Shown piece after piece: positions 48,425 to 60,506 of a stretch of DNA of 64,000 bases (the first letter of the stretch is position 1; the number at the start of each line of letters is the position of its first letter). Both the position numbers and the translations under genes were made by a program. This DNA comes from Paramoeba atlantica (lineage: Eukaryota > Protista > Discosea): contig CDRNVI010000193.1 in NCBI GenBank assembly GCA_977017575.1, positions 1 through 64,000 of the forward strand, written 5' to 3'. The notes below the pieces were generated by a model. That model saw nothing but the letters and a program-made list of their open reading frames with translations. It had not been told where the DNA came from and did not search any database.

Positions 48425-48521
48425 AAAAAAAAACACAAAAACACAAAAACACAAAAACACAAAAACACAAAAACACAAAAACACAAAAACACAAAAACAA
48501 AAAAAAAAAAAAAACAAACAA
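48425..48521 (+). repeat. Inter-ORF spacer of LINE-A copy 2: about 8 x AAAAACAC between A-runs
   Basis: Read directly from the sequence. Confidence 0.92.
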
Positions 48522-51500
48522 ATGATGACTAAACTCAGGAAGAAGAAGAATAAGAAGAGAAAGGAAAAGGGATTGGTGGATATTAGAAGTAGCTTTGGTG
48601 TGGGCCCCCAGGTAGCTCCTCCCCTGACAACAAACTTGCCTAATGTATCCCAGTCAGAGTGCCTCCCATCAGGTCCTCTGAGTGAGCCAGGAGTTGACCC
48701 CTGTGATAGGTCCTCAACTAATTTAAGTGAGAGTGATGAATGTAGGTTTCCTGATGCATGTGTTATCTCCTGGAACATGAATGGGATTCAAAATTTCGAA
48801 AAATTGAGAACCCTTTGGAAGATGGCTGGGAGTTGTTGGCCTCTTTTCATTTTGATTCAAGAATCTCACTCTGATTTTGAATGCGACCTTGATCTCATTA
48901 GGAACCAATTGAGGAAGTATATCTGGTTGAGAGACAACTCCTCTGGGAAGAGGAGGGGTCTGCTCATTGGAGTTAGGCGGATGGAGGGGGTGAAAGAGAT
49001 CTCTCCCTGTTTCTTTGACCAAACCATGAGTGGATTATTTGGTGTCCATGTGACTATTGGATTGACAAACTATTCTGTCCTGAATATATACCGTCACCCT
49101 GACCTCAAAGTAGCCACCATCTCACAGGAGACCACTCGTTTTTTCGGCCAGAACCCCAGGAGCATAAATATCTTTGGGGGTGATTTCAATTGGGATGTGA
49201 AGGAAAAACAGATGGGGGAAATTGAAAAGTGTTGTGCTTCTCTCTGTATGTCATGCTTGAAATGGGATGAACCCACCCATTATAAAGGGAGGTGTATCAA
49301 CCATATCTTCTTCTTGTCCAAGGCTCCATTAAAATGTTTGTTTATCAATGCCATCCCGTCTGGCTTTAAAGATCATGCACTGCTGATTGGAGGATCCTCG
49401 TTTAAGGAATGGGAGATTCAGGCAAATAAGAAATCCATCCCTGAGTATTTGATTAATGACCATGGGTTCATCAACACTCTTATTGAGAGGATGGGTACCT
49501 TCTCCAAGGGTGATGATCCCAACGAGTTTTTGACCAGATTTAAAACCACAGCTTGGGAATTAGTTCCCTACTGGAGAGAAAGAAACACTGAGGCAGCATT
49601 GTTCAGAGAACTGTGGAAGATCCACTCTCTTGTAAGATCCCTTCACAATTCTCGCATTCTGAGGAAATCTACTGTCCAGAGGCCATACTCTTCCCTTGAA
49701 ATGGGTCTGTTGGACCAGGCCTCCCTTGGTTGGAAAGGTCCAAAGGAAGGGAAGTCATGGAGGAGAGGAATAATCCCCAGAATGATTTCTGCAGTGCTCA
49801 AGAAGATTGAATGTATTGAAGGACAGTTGGGGATCTTTATTGACAGCCACCCTGCGAGGCCTAAAGTGAGATCATCCCCAAGGGTTAAAGGAATTGTTGT
49901 GGATGGGGTCATTTCCAGAGATAATGGTGTGGTCCAGAAAGCAATTAAAGAATTTTGGGGGAATCTATTGGGCTCAGTGAGGCCATACAACAAGGACTCT
50001 CTCCAGAAGCTGATTGAGAACCATAAACCTCGGTTTCCTAAGGTTGATTACCATATTGTTGATGGGGCCAAGGTTGATAAACTGCTGCGACAGTGCAATA
50101 ATTCAAGTGCTGGCCCAGATGGTATCCCCTTTGCTCTCTACAGAGTGACAAGTGAACAGCTGTGTGATATGTGGTGTGAACTTATCCAGAGAGCTGGGGA
50201 ATCAATGGATTTCCCTGAGTCATTTGGGGAGAGTCAGCTTGTGTTACTACCTAAGATTGAGAATATTCCTCATCCTGACCAATTTCGACCAATAAGTATT
50301 ACCAATTCTGATTATTGGATTGTGATGAGATATTGGGCCAAATGGCTGATGGAGAGTGCCAGAGAGGTGATTTCCCCAGAACAAAATGCTATATTTGCTG
50401 GAAGGTCCATTGATAATGCAGTGGAATTGATACATGATGGGTTTATGGAAGTGGTAGCAGAGGGCAAAGACATGACCATCCTCCAAACTGACTTCTGTAA
50501 GGCCTATGACTATGTTAACTGTGAAGCCCTTATGGAGTTGCTGATTGGGTTGAATGCTCCACCCCAAGCCCTTGAAGTTGTATCTAAAGTTCTGTGAGAG
50601 TCAGATACATGGCTCCCAACTGTAGGATCGAATGATAAGACACAGAAGGAAGCCATCAAGAGCTGGACTGGTGTGCGACAAGGCTGCCCCATTTCACCTC
50701 TTCTGTTCATTATCCTTTTTGATGTTTTATTGGTTAGTTTGAACAATGGGGGTGACCTTGAGAAGCTTGCCGGGTTCATGGATGACTTAGCCCTTCTCCT
50801 TCACAGGGTCCAGTCCATAAATTCCTTGACCTCGACCTTCCAAGAATATGAACAAGGAACCAGAGCCAAACTCAACTACAACAAATGCTTTGTATTGTCA
50901 ACTGAAAAATTCTCTCCTGTGGGCCCTTGGGTTGAAATGCCTTCAGCTAATTATTTGGGAGAGGAGACTGTGTACTTGGGAGTTACAATTTCTCGAAGAA
51001 TGAACCCAACTAAAGACTGGGAAGGGGTGATCAAGAAAATGCAGAAGGTTGGAACAGCAATTAAGCAAAGGAAAGGCAGCTTCAAGGAGAGAGTCCAGAT
51101 GATCAATACTTACCTTATTCCTTGTATGGGTTATTTGGCAAGATTCAAGCTTATCTCAAAAGCTGTCTCCTCGAAGATGTGGAAGGCCATTCATTCAGCC
51201 TTAGGCGCATATGCAAATCTAAAGTCCTGTGTAATGACCTCTCTTTGTCCCCCCTTCTTTGAAAAACCCCAAGTTAGACACCCTATTCTGTTTAACTGGG
51301 TGCTGCTGATATTGAGGAAACCTCTCCAAGATCATTATAGGAATCCATTGTCCATTGGGGCCATGAGGATTGATGCTTTGGAAGCTAGTGGCACTATCTC
51401 AGAACAAGTGAGGATGGGCTCCAAAACCAAGAGATCCTTCTTTCTCCTCTCTCGGAACATTTCTGTGGGAGTGGAGAATTTCTATGTGGGGGATGGGTGC

Positions 51501-52877
51501 TTGAAATGTGTGATCTATAATTTGTCTCTTCCACAAAGACCCCAGATTAAGCGGAACCTTTTGAAATTTTTTTTGAGGGGTCTTCCAACTGTGGATAAGA
51601 TTGCCCATTTTATATCTGTGAGTCCACTTTGTCGGCTGTGTAGGAAAGCCAAAGAGTCAAGGGTGCACCTCCTTGAAGAATGTCTGAAAGTTAAGGCAAT
51701 TTTGAAAACTATTGGGAGGAGATGCTTTGTTTTAAAGATTCCTGGGTGGGAGAGTGCCAACTTTGTGTGTGGATTTATGAACCAGTATCTAAAGAAGGCT
51801 GAAGCATCTGCAGTGAGTGCAGCCCTATTGAGCTTGTGGATCACTGTATGTGCAGAAGGATCGAAGTTCCCAAGCTTTGCTGTTAAAATTTTTGATGAAA
51901 TTGCTAAGACAAACAAGATGATCCCCAAACAAACTATAAGAAAGGCTCCCCCCAAAGGTAAAAGAGAAGTGAAACAACCAAAGTTCAAGTACCCTGCCTT
52001 GCAAGTGTTTTATGATGGCTCTGGGCGTGTAGACCCCGACATTGGGGGAGCTGGGTATGTGATTATTAAGGAAGGTTTGAAGGTTGGAGGTGGATTTGAA
52101 ACAATCCCACTAGGCTCAAATAACTTGGGTGAGTTTTCGGGATGCTTAGCTGGTCTACAACAAGTTATTGGCTTTGGGCAACACATAGAGATGGTGGGAG
52201 ATTGTAAAATTCTGACTGAGGCAGCGCCTAAGATGAAACCAATTGATAACTTTGAGCTCAATGAGATCCTATCTGAGATCAGAAATATTGCTAAGAGTAA
52301 ATTTGCCAAAGTGGAGTACACTCATGTGTATTGTGAATTCAACAAGAGGTCAGATGTGATTGCAACAGCAGCAAGTCACTCTGAAGAGGATGGGATGGAA
52401 GCTGTGTTTGATAGGAACTGGGATCCAAGATTGAAACAACTAGCAACAACCAGTGAGGAATGGATTATTGAGAATTCCAAGCTGTGGAAGTGGGTGATTG
52501 AACTGTTGGATTTGGATTGGAGCTTCCCTGTGAAGAAAGTTCAGTTTAAGAGGAGGTTTAAGGACAAGGTGATTACAACTAATAATGTTTACTTCCCAGT
52601 ACAAGCTGCACTGGATGGGGTGATGATTTCTCCTGTGTTCATTTCAGATGATATTGTCAAGTGGTTTCCAGAAAGAGCTGCACCTGGAGAGATGTTAGAA
52701 AGTTTTGTTGAAAAAGAAAACCGAAAATGGAGAGAGGAGTATGAGCAAGCAAGGAACTGTTGGTTGAAGAGTGCAATGAGACCTTCCATTGTAAGGAAGA
52801 TTATTAGGCCTATTAAGGCTGTTGAGAAGAAAAAAATTTTGAAAGAGATTCAAATGAGAAATAGAAAGAAACATTAG
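48522..52877 (+). pseudogene. LINE-A ORF2, about 1451 aa: APE, RT, zinc finger, RNase H and C-terminal extension; single TGA at 50595-50597
   Basis: ORFs 48339..50597 and 50673..52877 are in frame. Motifs: WNMNG, GDFN, DH; AGPDG, DFCKAYD, RQGCPISP, FMDD, YLGV; CRLC...HLLEEC; FYDGS, NLGEF, GDC, RSDVIA. Confidence 0.95.
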
Positions 52878-53448
52878 AGCTTTTGGCCACTAAGTTGGCA
52901 CTGAAGTGGGTTGATCCTACTTGATTATAACAATTTAATTTAAGTGTATTCTTGGGTGTCCAGATTACACTTCATTTCAATAAATGGCATCTCTGATGTC
53001 TAAAATTAAAAAAAAAAAAAAAAAGACTCTTAATCTGTGTGGCCAAGGGGAAGAGGGAAAGGGACAAGAAAAACACAACAGAAAGGAACTGAAGAGAATG
53101 ATTTATTTGTATCAACAAACAGAAAAGGGGGAACAAATGATTTGTGACAGCAGAGAAAAAGGGGGGAAAACAACACAAAACAAAGGAGAGAAAGACAGTG
53201 AAAACAGTGTGAAAAGAGTGTTTTAGTGGCAGATAACTGCAATAGAACGCAGGTGGATCATTCATGAATCAACATCCCGAAAAGCATGGAGAAAAGGAAA
53301 AAGACAGGAGAAAAGAGAAGGGAGGAAAAGTGAGAAAAGGGGAAAAAGAAAAGGGAAAGGAAGGAAAGAGGAAAGAGAGAGAAGGAGGGAGGAAGGATGA
53401 GAGAAGAGGAAGGGAAAGAAGAGAGAGAGAGAAAAAAGAGAAGAAGGA

Positions 53449-54294
53449 TTTTTTTTTTTAAGGTTCAGACACCAGGTGCCATTTATTAGAGTTAAAAAAC
53501 CATCTCTAGGATGGAAAAGAGGGGGGAAGAAAGGGGGGGGGGAGGGAAGATAAATTAAGAGTTAGATCCAAAGATCTCTTCAGCATGGGATGCATTGGAG
53601 TTTCTTTACCAACTTTAGTTCTCACTAAGGGGTCTATGTTTGATTGTTCACCTTCTAAAACCAGGGAGTGAATTCGGTTTGGAGGTTTCTATGAAGTTAA
53701 TTACATTCCTTCGAAAATCTTCCTCAATAAAGCTCCTCACCAGATTGCTCTCTTGGGACTGATGGAACCATCCTTGGATATCTTTAGTAATTATTACAGG
53801 GAGAATTAGAGCATTCTCAAGAGCAGTTTGGGCCAGAAACAAAACATGGGGGGTTGTCACTGTGTTTCCTTGGAATTTCCTTACAAAATTCCCTGGGGGG
53901 ATGGGGAAAGTCCAGTCACAGGTGAGGGGGGAATTGATCCAGTTCCACAGGGTTGAATTCAAAATAATCCACTCTTCACTGGTTTCTGCAACATGTTGTG
54001 ATCTTGGATCCCAATGATGGTCATTCACAGCACATGTTCCATCCTCTTTAGACCAACTTGCAGCAGTTGCAATTGCATCAGCTTGCTTGTTAAGTTCTCG
54101 GGGTACATGGATGAATTCTATCTCGTCAAAGCACATTGCTAACTTACAGATTTCACAAAGTAGTTCATTCAAGGCATAGTTTTTGATGGCATGGGTTTTG
54201 GGTGCAGCCTTGGTGAGAATCATACAATCCCCGACAACTTCAATCTCATTTGTCATTGATCTGGCACATTGCATTCCTTTCAAACAGCCTGTAA
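53449..54294 (-). mobile_element. LINE-B 3' fragment inserted in the Copia-2 5' LTR
   Basis: Poly(T) at 53449-53459. TSD AAAAAAGAGAAGAAGGA at 53432-53448 and 54295-54311. Confidence 0.93.
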
Positions 54295-54436
54295 AAAAAA
54301 GAGAAGAAGGAAAAGAGAGGGAAGAGAGAGAGTGTCAATCGGGGAGAATAGGGAGAGAGAGATCAGTTGTTTGGCAGAAGAGGGAGTGAGAATGGCTCCA
54401 AATGGAAAACACAAGAGCTGACAGGATTGTAACACA

Positions 54437-55324
54437 CAGGGGTGAGCTCAAGCTGCACTTGCAATTGTGGCATTTTTTAGGGTTGAAGTGACTTCAGATA
54501 TTCCTTTTGAGCCTTTAAAAAAAAAATCTAACATCATATCCATGTGTTCACTCTTGTGGTCTCTCTTTTAATTTGTTTGTTTTTTGGTTGAATGAGGATG
54601 GTGAAGGTTGAAGAAATGGAACAAAAAAGAAAAGGAAAAAGGAAAAAAAGTGTGTATTTGTTATTCTTTTGATGATTGGATTGTTTAATTTGAAAGAAAA
54701 GGTTGTGTGTTGAAGTTGAAGATGATGATGCTGTGGAAGGAAAAAAAAGAACCTGTTTTGTTGATTGATCCAAACAGAAAGAGATTTCTTATTGTAAATT
54801 CATTTGATGATAAAAAAGTGAAAAGAGAAACAAATTCTTTTTTTTTTCTTCAAAAAACACCTCAAAACTCACTCTCAAACACTCTTTTCAACCTTTCTTT
54901 CAGTTCCAGAGAGGAAAAACAAAACAAAAAACCAGTGGCAGTAGTCAAAAAAAAAACACAAAAAAAAAGCACTTTTTTTTTCAACAGTCGATTTTTTTTT
55001 GTTTTTTTTCAACCATCAAAATTATTTTTTCAACAATCAAAATCTTTGTTGTTTTTTTTCAACCTTTGAAGTTATTTTTTCAATAGTTGAAATTTTGATT
55101 GACTTTTTTCAACTGTCAAAGTTATTTTTTCAACAGTTAATGTTTTTCTTGGTTTTTTTTGACAGTCAAAAGTTTGGACAATGGAAAAAAGTCAAGTTGA
55201 GGCTGTTTGTGAGCTGAGGTGGGCAATAACATCAGCTAACTTTCAGGGTGTTGAAACCTCTCCAGCAGTCCTATTCAAACCCACAAATCACCCCAACTGC
55301 AAGTGCAGCTTGAGCCCACCCCTG
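54437..55324. mobile_element. Non-autonomous DNA transposon (MITE-like, 888 bp) with 27-bp TIRs
   Basis: CAGGGGTGAGCTCAAGCTGCACTTGCA (54437-54463) and TGCAAGTGCAGCTTGAGCCCACCCCTG (55298-55324) have one mismatch. TTTTTTCAAC-like subterminal repeats occur at about 54965-55140. No ORF of note and no TSD. Confidence 0.85.
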
Positions 55325-55327
55325 TGT

Positions 55328-55856
55328 GAGTGGATTATTGTTAATTCAACCCTGTAAAACTGGATCAATTCCCCTCTCACCCATGACTGGACTTTCCCCA
55401 TCCCCCCAGGAAATTTTGTAAAGAAATTCCAAGGAAACACAGTGACAACCCCCCATGTCTTGTTTCCAGTCCAAACTGCTCTTGAAAATGCTCTAATCCT
55501 CCCTGTAATAATTACTAAAGATATCCAAGGATGGTTCCATCAGTCCCAAGAGAGCAATCAGATGAGGAACTTTATTGAGAAAGATTTTCAAAGAAATGTA
55601 ATTAACTTTATTGAAAACTCCAAACTGAATTCACTCCCTGCTTTTAGAAGGCAAACAATCAAATGCAGACCTCTTAGTGAGAACTAAAGTTGGTAAAGGA
55701 ACTCCAATGCATGCCATGCTGAAAAGATCATTGGATCTGACTTTTAATTTATCTCCCCTTCCCCCCCTTTTTTCTTTTCCCCCCTTTTCCATCCTAGCAA
55801 TGGTTTTTTAACTCCAATAAATGGCATCTGGTGTCTGAACTTTAAAAAAAAAAAAA
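55328..55856 (+). mobile_element. LINE-B 3' fragment with poly(A)
   Basis: Matches 29723-30254, with A-run at 55844-55856. Confidence 0.9.
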
Positions 55857-57348
55857 GAGATTGGGAATTGACTTGGAGGAGATCAAGAGTCAGATCAAAC
55901 AAATAGAGTAGAGAGCCAAGTGTCTTCAGAGTAGCACACATTGTGCAACAGAGAAATCAATGACTCCTTGATAAAGACATCTATGCCTTTTTGATTTACT
56001 AAATAAAGGAGAATGAGAGCTGATGTGGAACTGTCAAATTCTGAAATGATCCAACATTCACTTTTCAAATTCTCAAATTGCACAACAACATTTTGATTGC
56101 TTTTATTATTCACTGTAAAATCTATCATTTTACATTTGGAGGCTTCAATGGGAAGGGATAAAGATAAGAAACAAGAAGGAGGGACCCCTGGTAAGACGAA
56201 AAAGTAGCCTAAGAAACATCTTGGAATGTCTAAGCTAAGTCCTCCTTCTCTTGGTGAAACTCCTAGTGCTGAAAGTGATTCCCCTCTTGATTCTAGTACC
56301 CCCTCTTCCCTTCATTCTGATCCTTCTGGTCTTTCCAATTCCTCAGAAATGCAACTAGTAGTCATAAATGGCGCCCTCTACCAGCAAAAGGTCAATGACA
56401 AAGGCAAAATTGAATTGATTCCCCTGCCCAAAGTTGTGGTTGCTGCTTTGAATGTGGGTGTGAGATGAACTCTGAGCCAAGAACTTGATCAAAGCATCTC
56501 TTCATCTTCAACAACACAAAACCATTGTTTGGGAAAAGATGCTTTGATACTGATACCAGACGAGAAATTCTTTGTGGCTGACAAAGCTCTCCAACAATCA
56601 ATTGAAAGAGTGATCAATGGCCTCTCAAAGAATCTAACCAAAACAGAAAAGCTTGATGCTCTTTATCAAGTTTGGAAAACCAATGGATGGTCAAATAATG
56701 AACTTGCTGTAACCCTTGCATGACCCAAGTTGATAGCATTTGGACTTGATGTCATTGGTCATCCTCAAACCTTCCAGAAGTTGGTTTTTGATCTCTGTAT
56801 GGCTTCAAGTCACATTTACAAACCCCTTGATACTGATACAAGTGCTTTTTACTTGTACAAGTTTGATATCTCTGAGGATTTCATGACTCATACAATGAAG
56901 TTCTTGAACATTGCTGTCAAGGAAAAGGGGAGTGAGGACACCCAACTTGAAGAAGTTAAAGACATTTTCAAAGCCCAAGTACAAGATTCTTTGTACCATC
57001 AGGCATGGGAGGGAGCAAAAGCTACAGCTAAAGGAGGTGACATGCTTTCTATTGCTCTGACTGTCCAGTACCAAAAGGACTACCCAACAAAACAACTCAC
57101 TGATAAGACCCAAAACTCCCTTTCATTAGCCTTGAACCCTAATGGACAAGAGCTGAAAGAGGTGAGAAAGAGGGCACAGGAGTTGCAATGCTGAGCCTGT
57201 GAAGACTTTGGTCATGTACCCAAAAATTGTCCTTTGGTGAAAGAAGCAATGCAAAAAGGGTTGAAATATTGCTGCCATTGTGGTAATCAAGACACCCACA
57301 TTACACAACACTGCAAAGTAACCAGAAAAAGGAAAAGAGGGTTGAAAG

Positions 57349-57730
57349 CCCAGGGGGGTGAGTTCAAATCCCAGTTTTTTGATATTATAGAAAATTTTTC
57401 TGGTGCTGTAGAGTGATTTGATTGGAGTGAGGAGCTCTTGAAGAAGTGTGAAAATCAGAACAGGTTACATCTCAGCCCTGTCTGCTAAAAAGTTGAGGAT
57501 AAATTCCCTTGGAAGGAGCTTTGGATTATTCTCCCTTCTGATGTGCATCCTCCAGCCTGAACTTGCAGAAGTTCTAAAGTTCAGCATAAAGACTGACTGA
57601 ACTAAGCTGAAGTTTAAAACTTCACCTCTCATTAGAGGTTAAAAACAAACATAATTTAATGTAATTCAAATGGCTTAAATTAAGAACTACTAATTGAATA
57701 AAGTCTGCCTCAAAAAGAAAAAAAAAAAAA
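57349..57730 (+). mobile_element. SINE family C, 5'-truncated just upstream of the B box
   Basis: Matches 38331-38705 on the minus strand and ends AATAAAGTCTGCCTC-A(n). No TSD found. Confidence 0.9.
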
Positions 57731-60132
57731 TTCAGAACCCATCCACATCCTCTCTTTAAGTCAAATTGAACAAAAAGGAGAAGAAAGCTGTGATGTCAGG
57801 GGATCTCTAGAATTTGAGTCGAAAATAGGTAATCTAAATTCAACAACATGCCTCAACACAGGATTTGGAATTAATGCAATCAATTTACAACAATTAAAAA
57901 GACCTGATATTCAAATAATAAGAAGAAGAAAAATCCATACTTTAAAAGTCACAGTTGGAAATTCTTCCAAAGTTGTTGTAAATGAAGAAGTTTTACTGAA
58001 AGTAAAATTCTCACATTTTGAAGCTAATTTATGGTTCTTCATATTCGACCACCTTCCTGTCCAAATGTTGATAGGCTGGCCAGCTATGAAAAGACTAAAA
58101 CTTGGAATGGATGTGTTCAGGCAAAGCCAAAAGAAAATAATCTTCAAATGAATGAACTTAGTCTGGACTTGGAACTTCTTGATGACAGAAGGAACCAGAG
58201 AAGTAAAACCCTGGTCACAACAGCAGTAACCAGTGGCATTCCCCCAAGATCAGCTGTGATAGTGCCACTCACAGCAAGTCTCATCACTGGAATGTTTTTT
58301 CTTTCCAAGAGATAGTGGAAAAGGCAAATTAATTGCTCCACAAGGTTTTATCTCAATTACCCAAAAAGAAAGACCTGGAAGAAAGAAAAACATCTATCAA
58401 TCAAACATATTGGTAATTAATCCAACAAACAAATATGTAAAACTTAAAAAAGGATGGGAACTTGGTTTCATACATGAGATTAACAATGATGATGTTGAAC
58501 AAACAGAACTTCTTCAAATATCAAATTGTTTGCTCCTTGATCTTCAAGATATTCAACCTGTAAAAAAGGTGAATACAAAAGAACAAGATCAAAAATCAAA
58601 AGAAAAGAAACCATTTAATTCAAAAGTGGGAGCAAACTATTTTAAAGCTCTCAACAGCCCTTGGCTTGATGCTTGGGTTGCTAAAGAAAATAAGATGTTG
58701 TTTCTTAAAGAGGGACAAAAACGCAAATTTTCAGAAAATTTTGCAAAAAAAATCTCTCCAATTCAAAGTCAAAAACAACCCAAAATAAATTCAACAATGG
58801 AAACAAATGCTTTTGACAAATCAAAGATAAATCAAGTTTTTGCTCTCCTTGCAAATCCAGAAAATGAACCACCAGATTTTGGTGAAGAAAATCAAATGAA
58901 ATCTGAATTAAAAGAAGCATATGAGACATTTCAAATCAATGCTACAAACTTGAATTCTCAACAACAAATTAAATTAGCAGAATTGCTAACTGAATTTAAA
59001 GACCTTTGGGATGAACAAAAAAGAAAAGATCCATTGACTCAAACAACAGCAACAGAGCATAAGATCAAAACTGATGCAACTGCTAAACTGGTTCACACAG
59101 TTCCTCGAAAAACAACTCCTGCTGAAGATTACATTATTTGGAAACATATTGATAAAATGGTGAAAAGAAAAGTAATTCAACCTTCAACCTCACCATGGGC
59201 TTCACCAATTCTATTGGCAGACAAAAAGAATGGATGCATATCCTCTTCCAAGAATGGATACAATTCTTGGAGCCCTTGGCAATTCCTCATATTTCTCATC
59301 AATTGATCTGATGGATGTCTTTTGGTCAATTCCAATCCAACAACAAGATGTTGAAAAAACAGCTTTTACAAGCAAATATGGACTTTGGGAATTTCTCTCA
59401 ATGCCATTTGGATTGTGTAATGCTCCAGCAACACAACAATGTTATATTGAAGCTGTATTGAATGAACTCATATGGAGATGCTGTTTTGCATAAGTCAATG
59501 ATATTATCTGTTTCAGCAATTCCTTTGAAAAACATTTAGAAGACTTGAGGGATATACTAGGAAGACTAAAGGAACATAATTTAATTTTACAACCTTTAAA
59601 ATATTCTTTCTGTAAACCAACTTTTGAAATACTTGGCTTTGTTGCTACAAAGGATGGTTTATCACCAAATCCAAAAAAGGTTAAAGCAATCCAAAATTAT
59701 TCCCTTCTAAAATCACCAAAGGAGGTTGAGATATTTATAGGAATGGTTACTTGGTTGAAAAGATTCATACCAAACCTCTTCAAATTAACTTTTCATCTAA
59801 GAAAAGCAAAAACATTAAAAGAATCAAGATTTTTCCTATCAGAAAAAGCTGAAGAAGAATTTCAAATACTGAAAGACATACTCAAAAAAGAAACCTGTGT
59901 AGCACATCCAGATCTCTCAAAAAGATTCTTCATCCATGTTGATGCTAGTTCTTGAGGTCTTGGAGCTATCCTAACACAATTAAATGACAAAAGTTATCAC
60001 AGAGTAATTGAGTATGCTTCAAAGGCATTAACACTGACTCAATAAAAATATACTAATCCTGTCAAAGAAGAATTAAGAATTATTTGAGCTTTAAAAAACT
60101 TTAAGTATTATGTTCATGGAAGAGAACTGATT

Positions 60133-60506
60133 TTTTTTTAAAGTTCAAACACCAGGTGCCATTTATTAGAGTTAAAAAACCATCTCTAGGATGGAAAAGA
60201 GGGGGGAAGAAAGGGGGGGGGAAGGGGAGATAAATTAAGAGTTAGATTCAAAGATCTCTTCAGCATGGAATGCATTGAAGTTTCTTTACCAACTTTAGTT
60301 CTCACTAAGGGGTCTGCATTTGATTGTTTGCCTTCTAAAACCAGGGAGTGAATTCAGTTTGGAGGTTTCTATGAAGTTAATTACATTCCTTTGAAAATCT
60401 TTTTTGATAAAGCTCCTCATCAGATTGCTCTCTTGGGACTGATGGAACCATCCTTGGATATCTTTTGTAATTATTACAGGGAGGATTAGAGCATTTTCAA
60501 GAGACA
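60133..60506 (-). mobile_element. LINE-B 3' fragment inserted in Gypsy-3 RNase H
   Basis: TSD GAAGAGAACTGATT at 60119-60132 and 60507-60520. Confidence 0.92.

Larger units (their letters stand above)
46032..53024 (+). mobile_element. LINE family A copy 2, full length (about 7.0 kb) with 5' A40 and 3' poly(A)
   Basis: TSD GACTCTTAATCTGTG at 46017-46031 and 53025-53039. Contains ORF1, spacer, ORF2, AATAAA at 52979 and the poly(A) tail. Confidence 0.97.
40573..54436 (-). mobile_element. Copia-2: Ty1/Copia LTR retrotransposon, split at the LTR/PBS junction by LINE-A copy 2; 3' LTR truncated
   Basis: 5' LTR is 53036-54436 minus the LINE-B insert (about 540 bp). The partial 3' LTR is 40573-40763 and the PPT is 40764-40771. 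Domains: gag knuckle CFNCGLGHHMARKC, protease IIDSGC, integrase LHIDL, RT (DVPGAYL, LYGVPIAG) and RNase H (AYADS, KHFDV). Confidence 0.93.

Noticed and set aside
53264-53461. Lys/Glu/Arg-rich and Phe/Leu-rich short ORFs (also 1099..1461, 4322..4796, 12382..12747, 33342..33686, 40587..40826, 48413..48778, 54707..55217)
   Set aside because: These are translations of purine-rich LTRs, A/T-runs and the 8-mer spacer, or antisense shadows of TE ORFs. There is no evidence of coding function.
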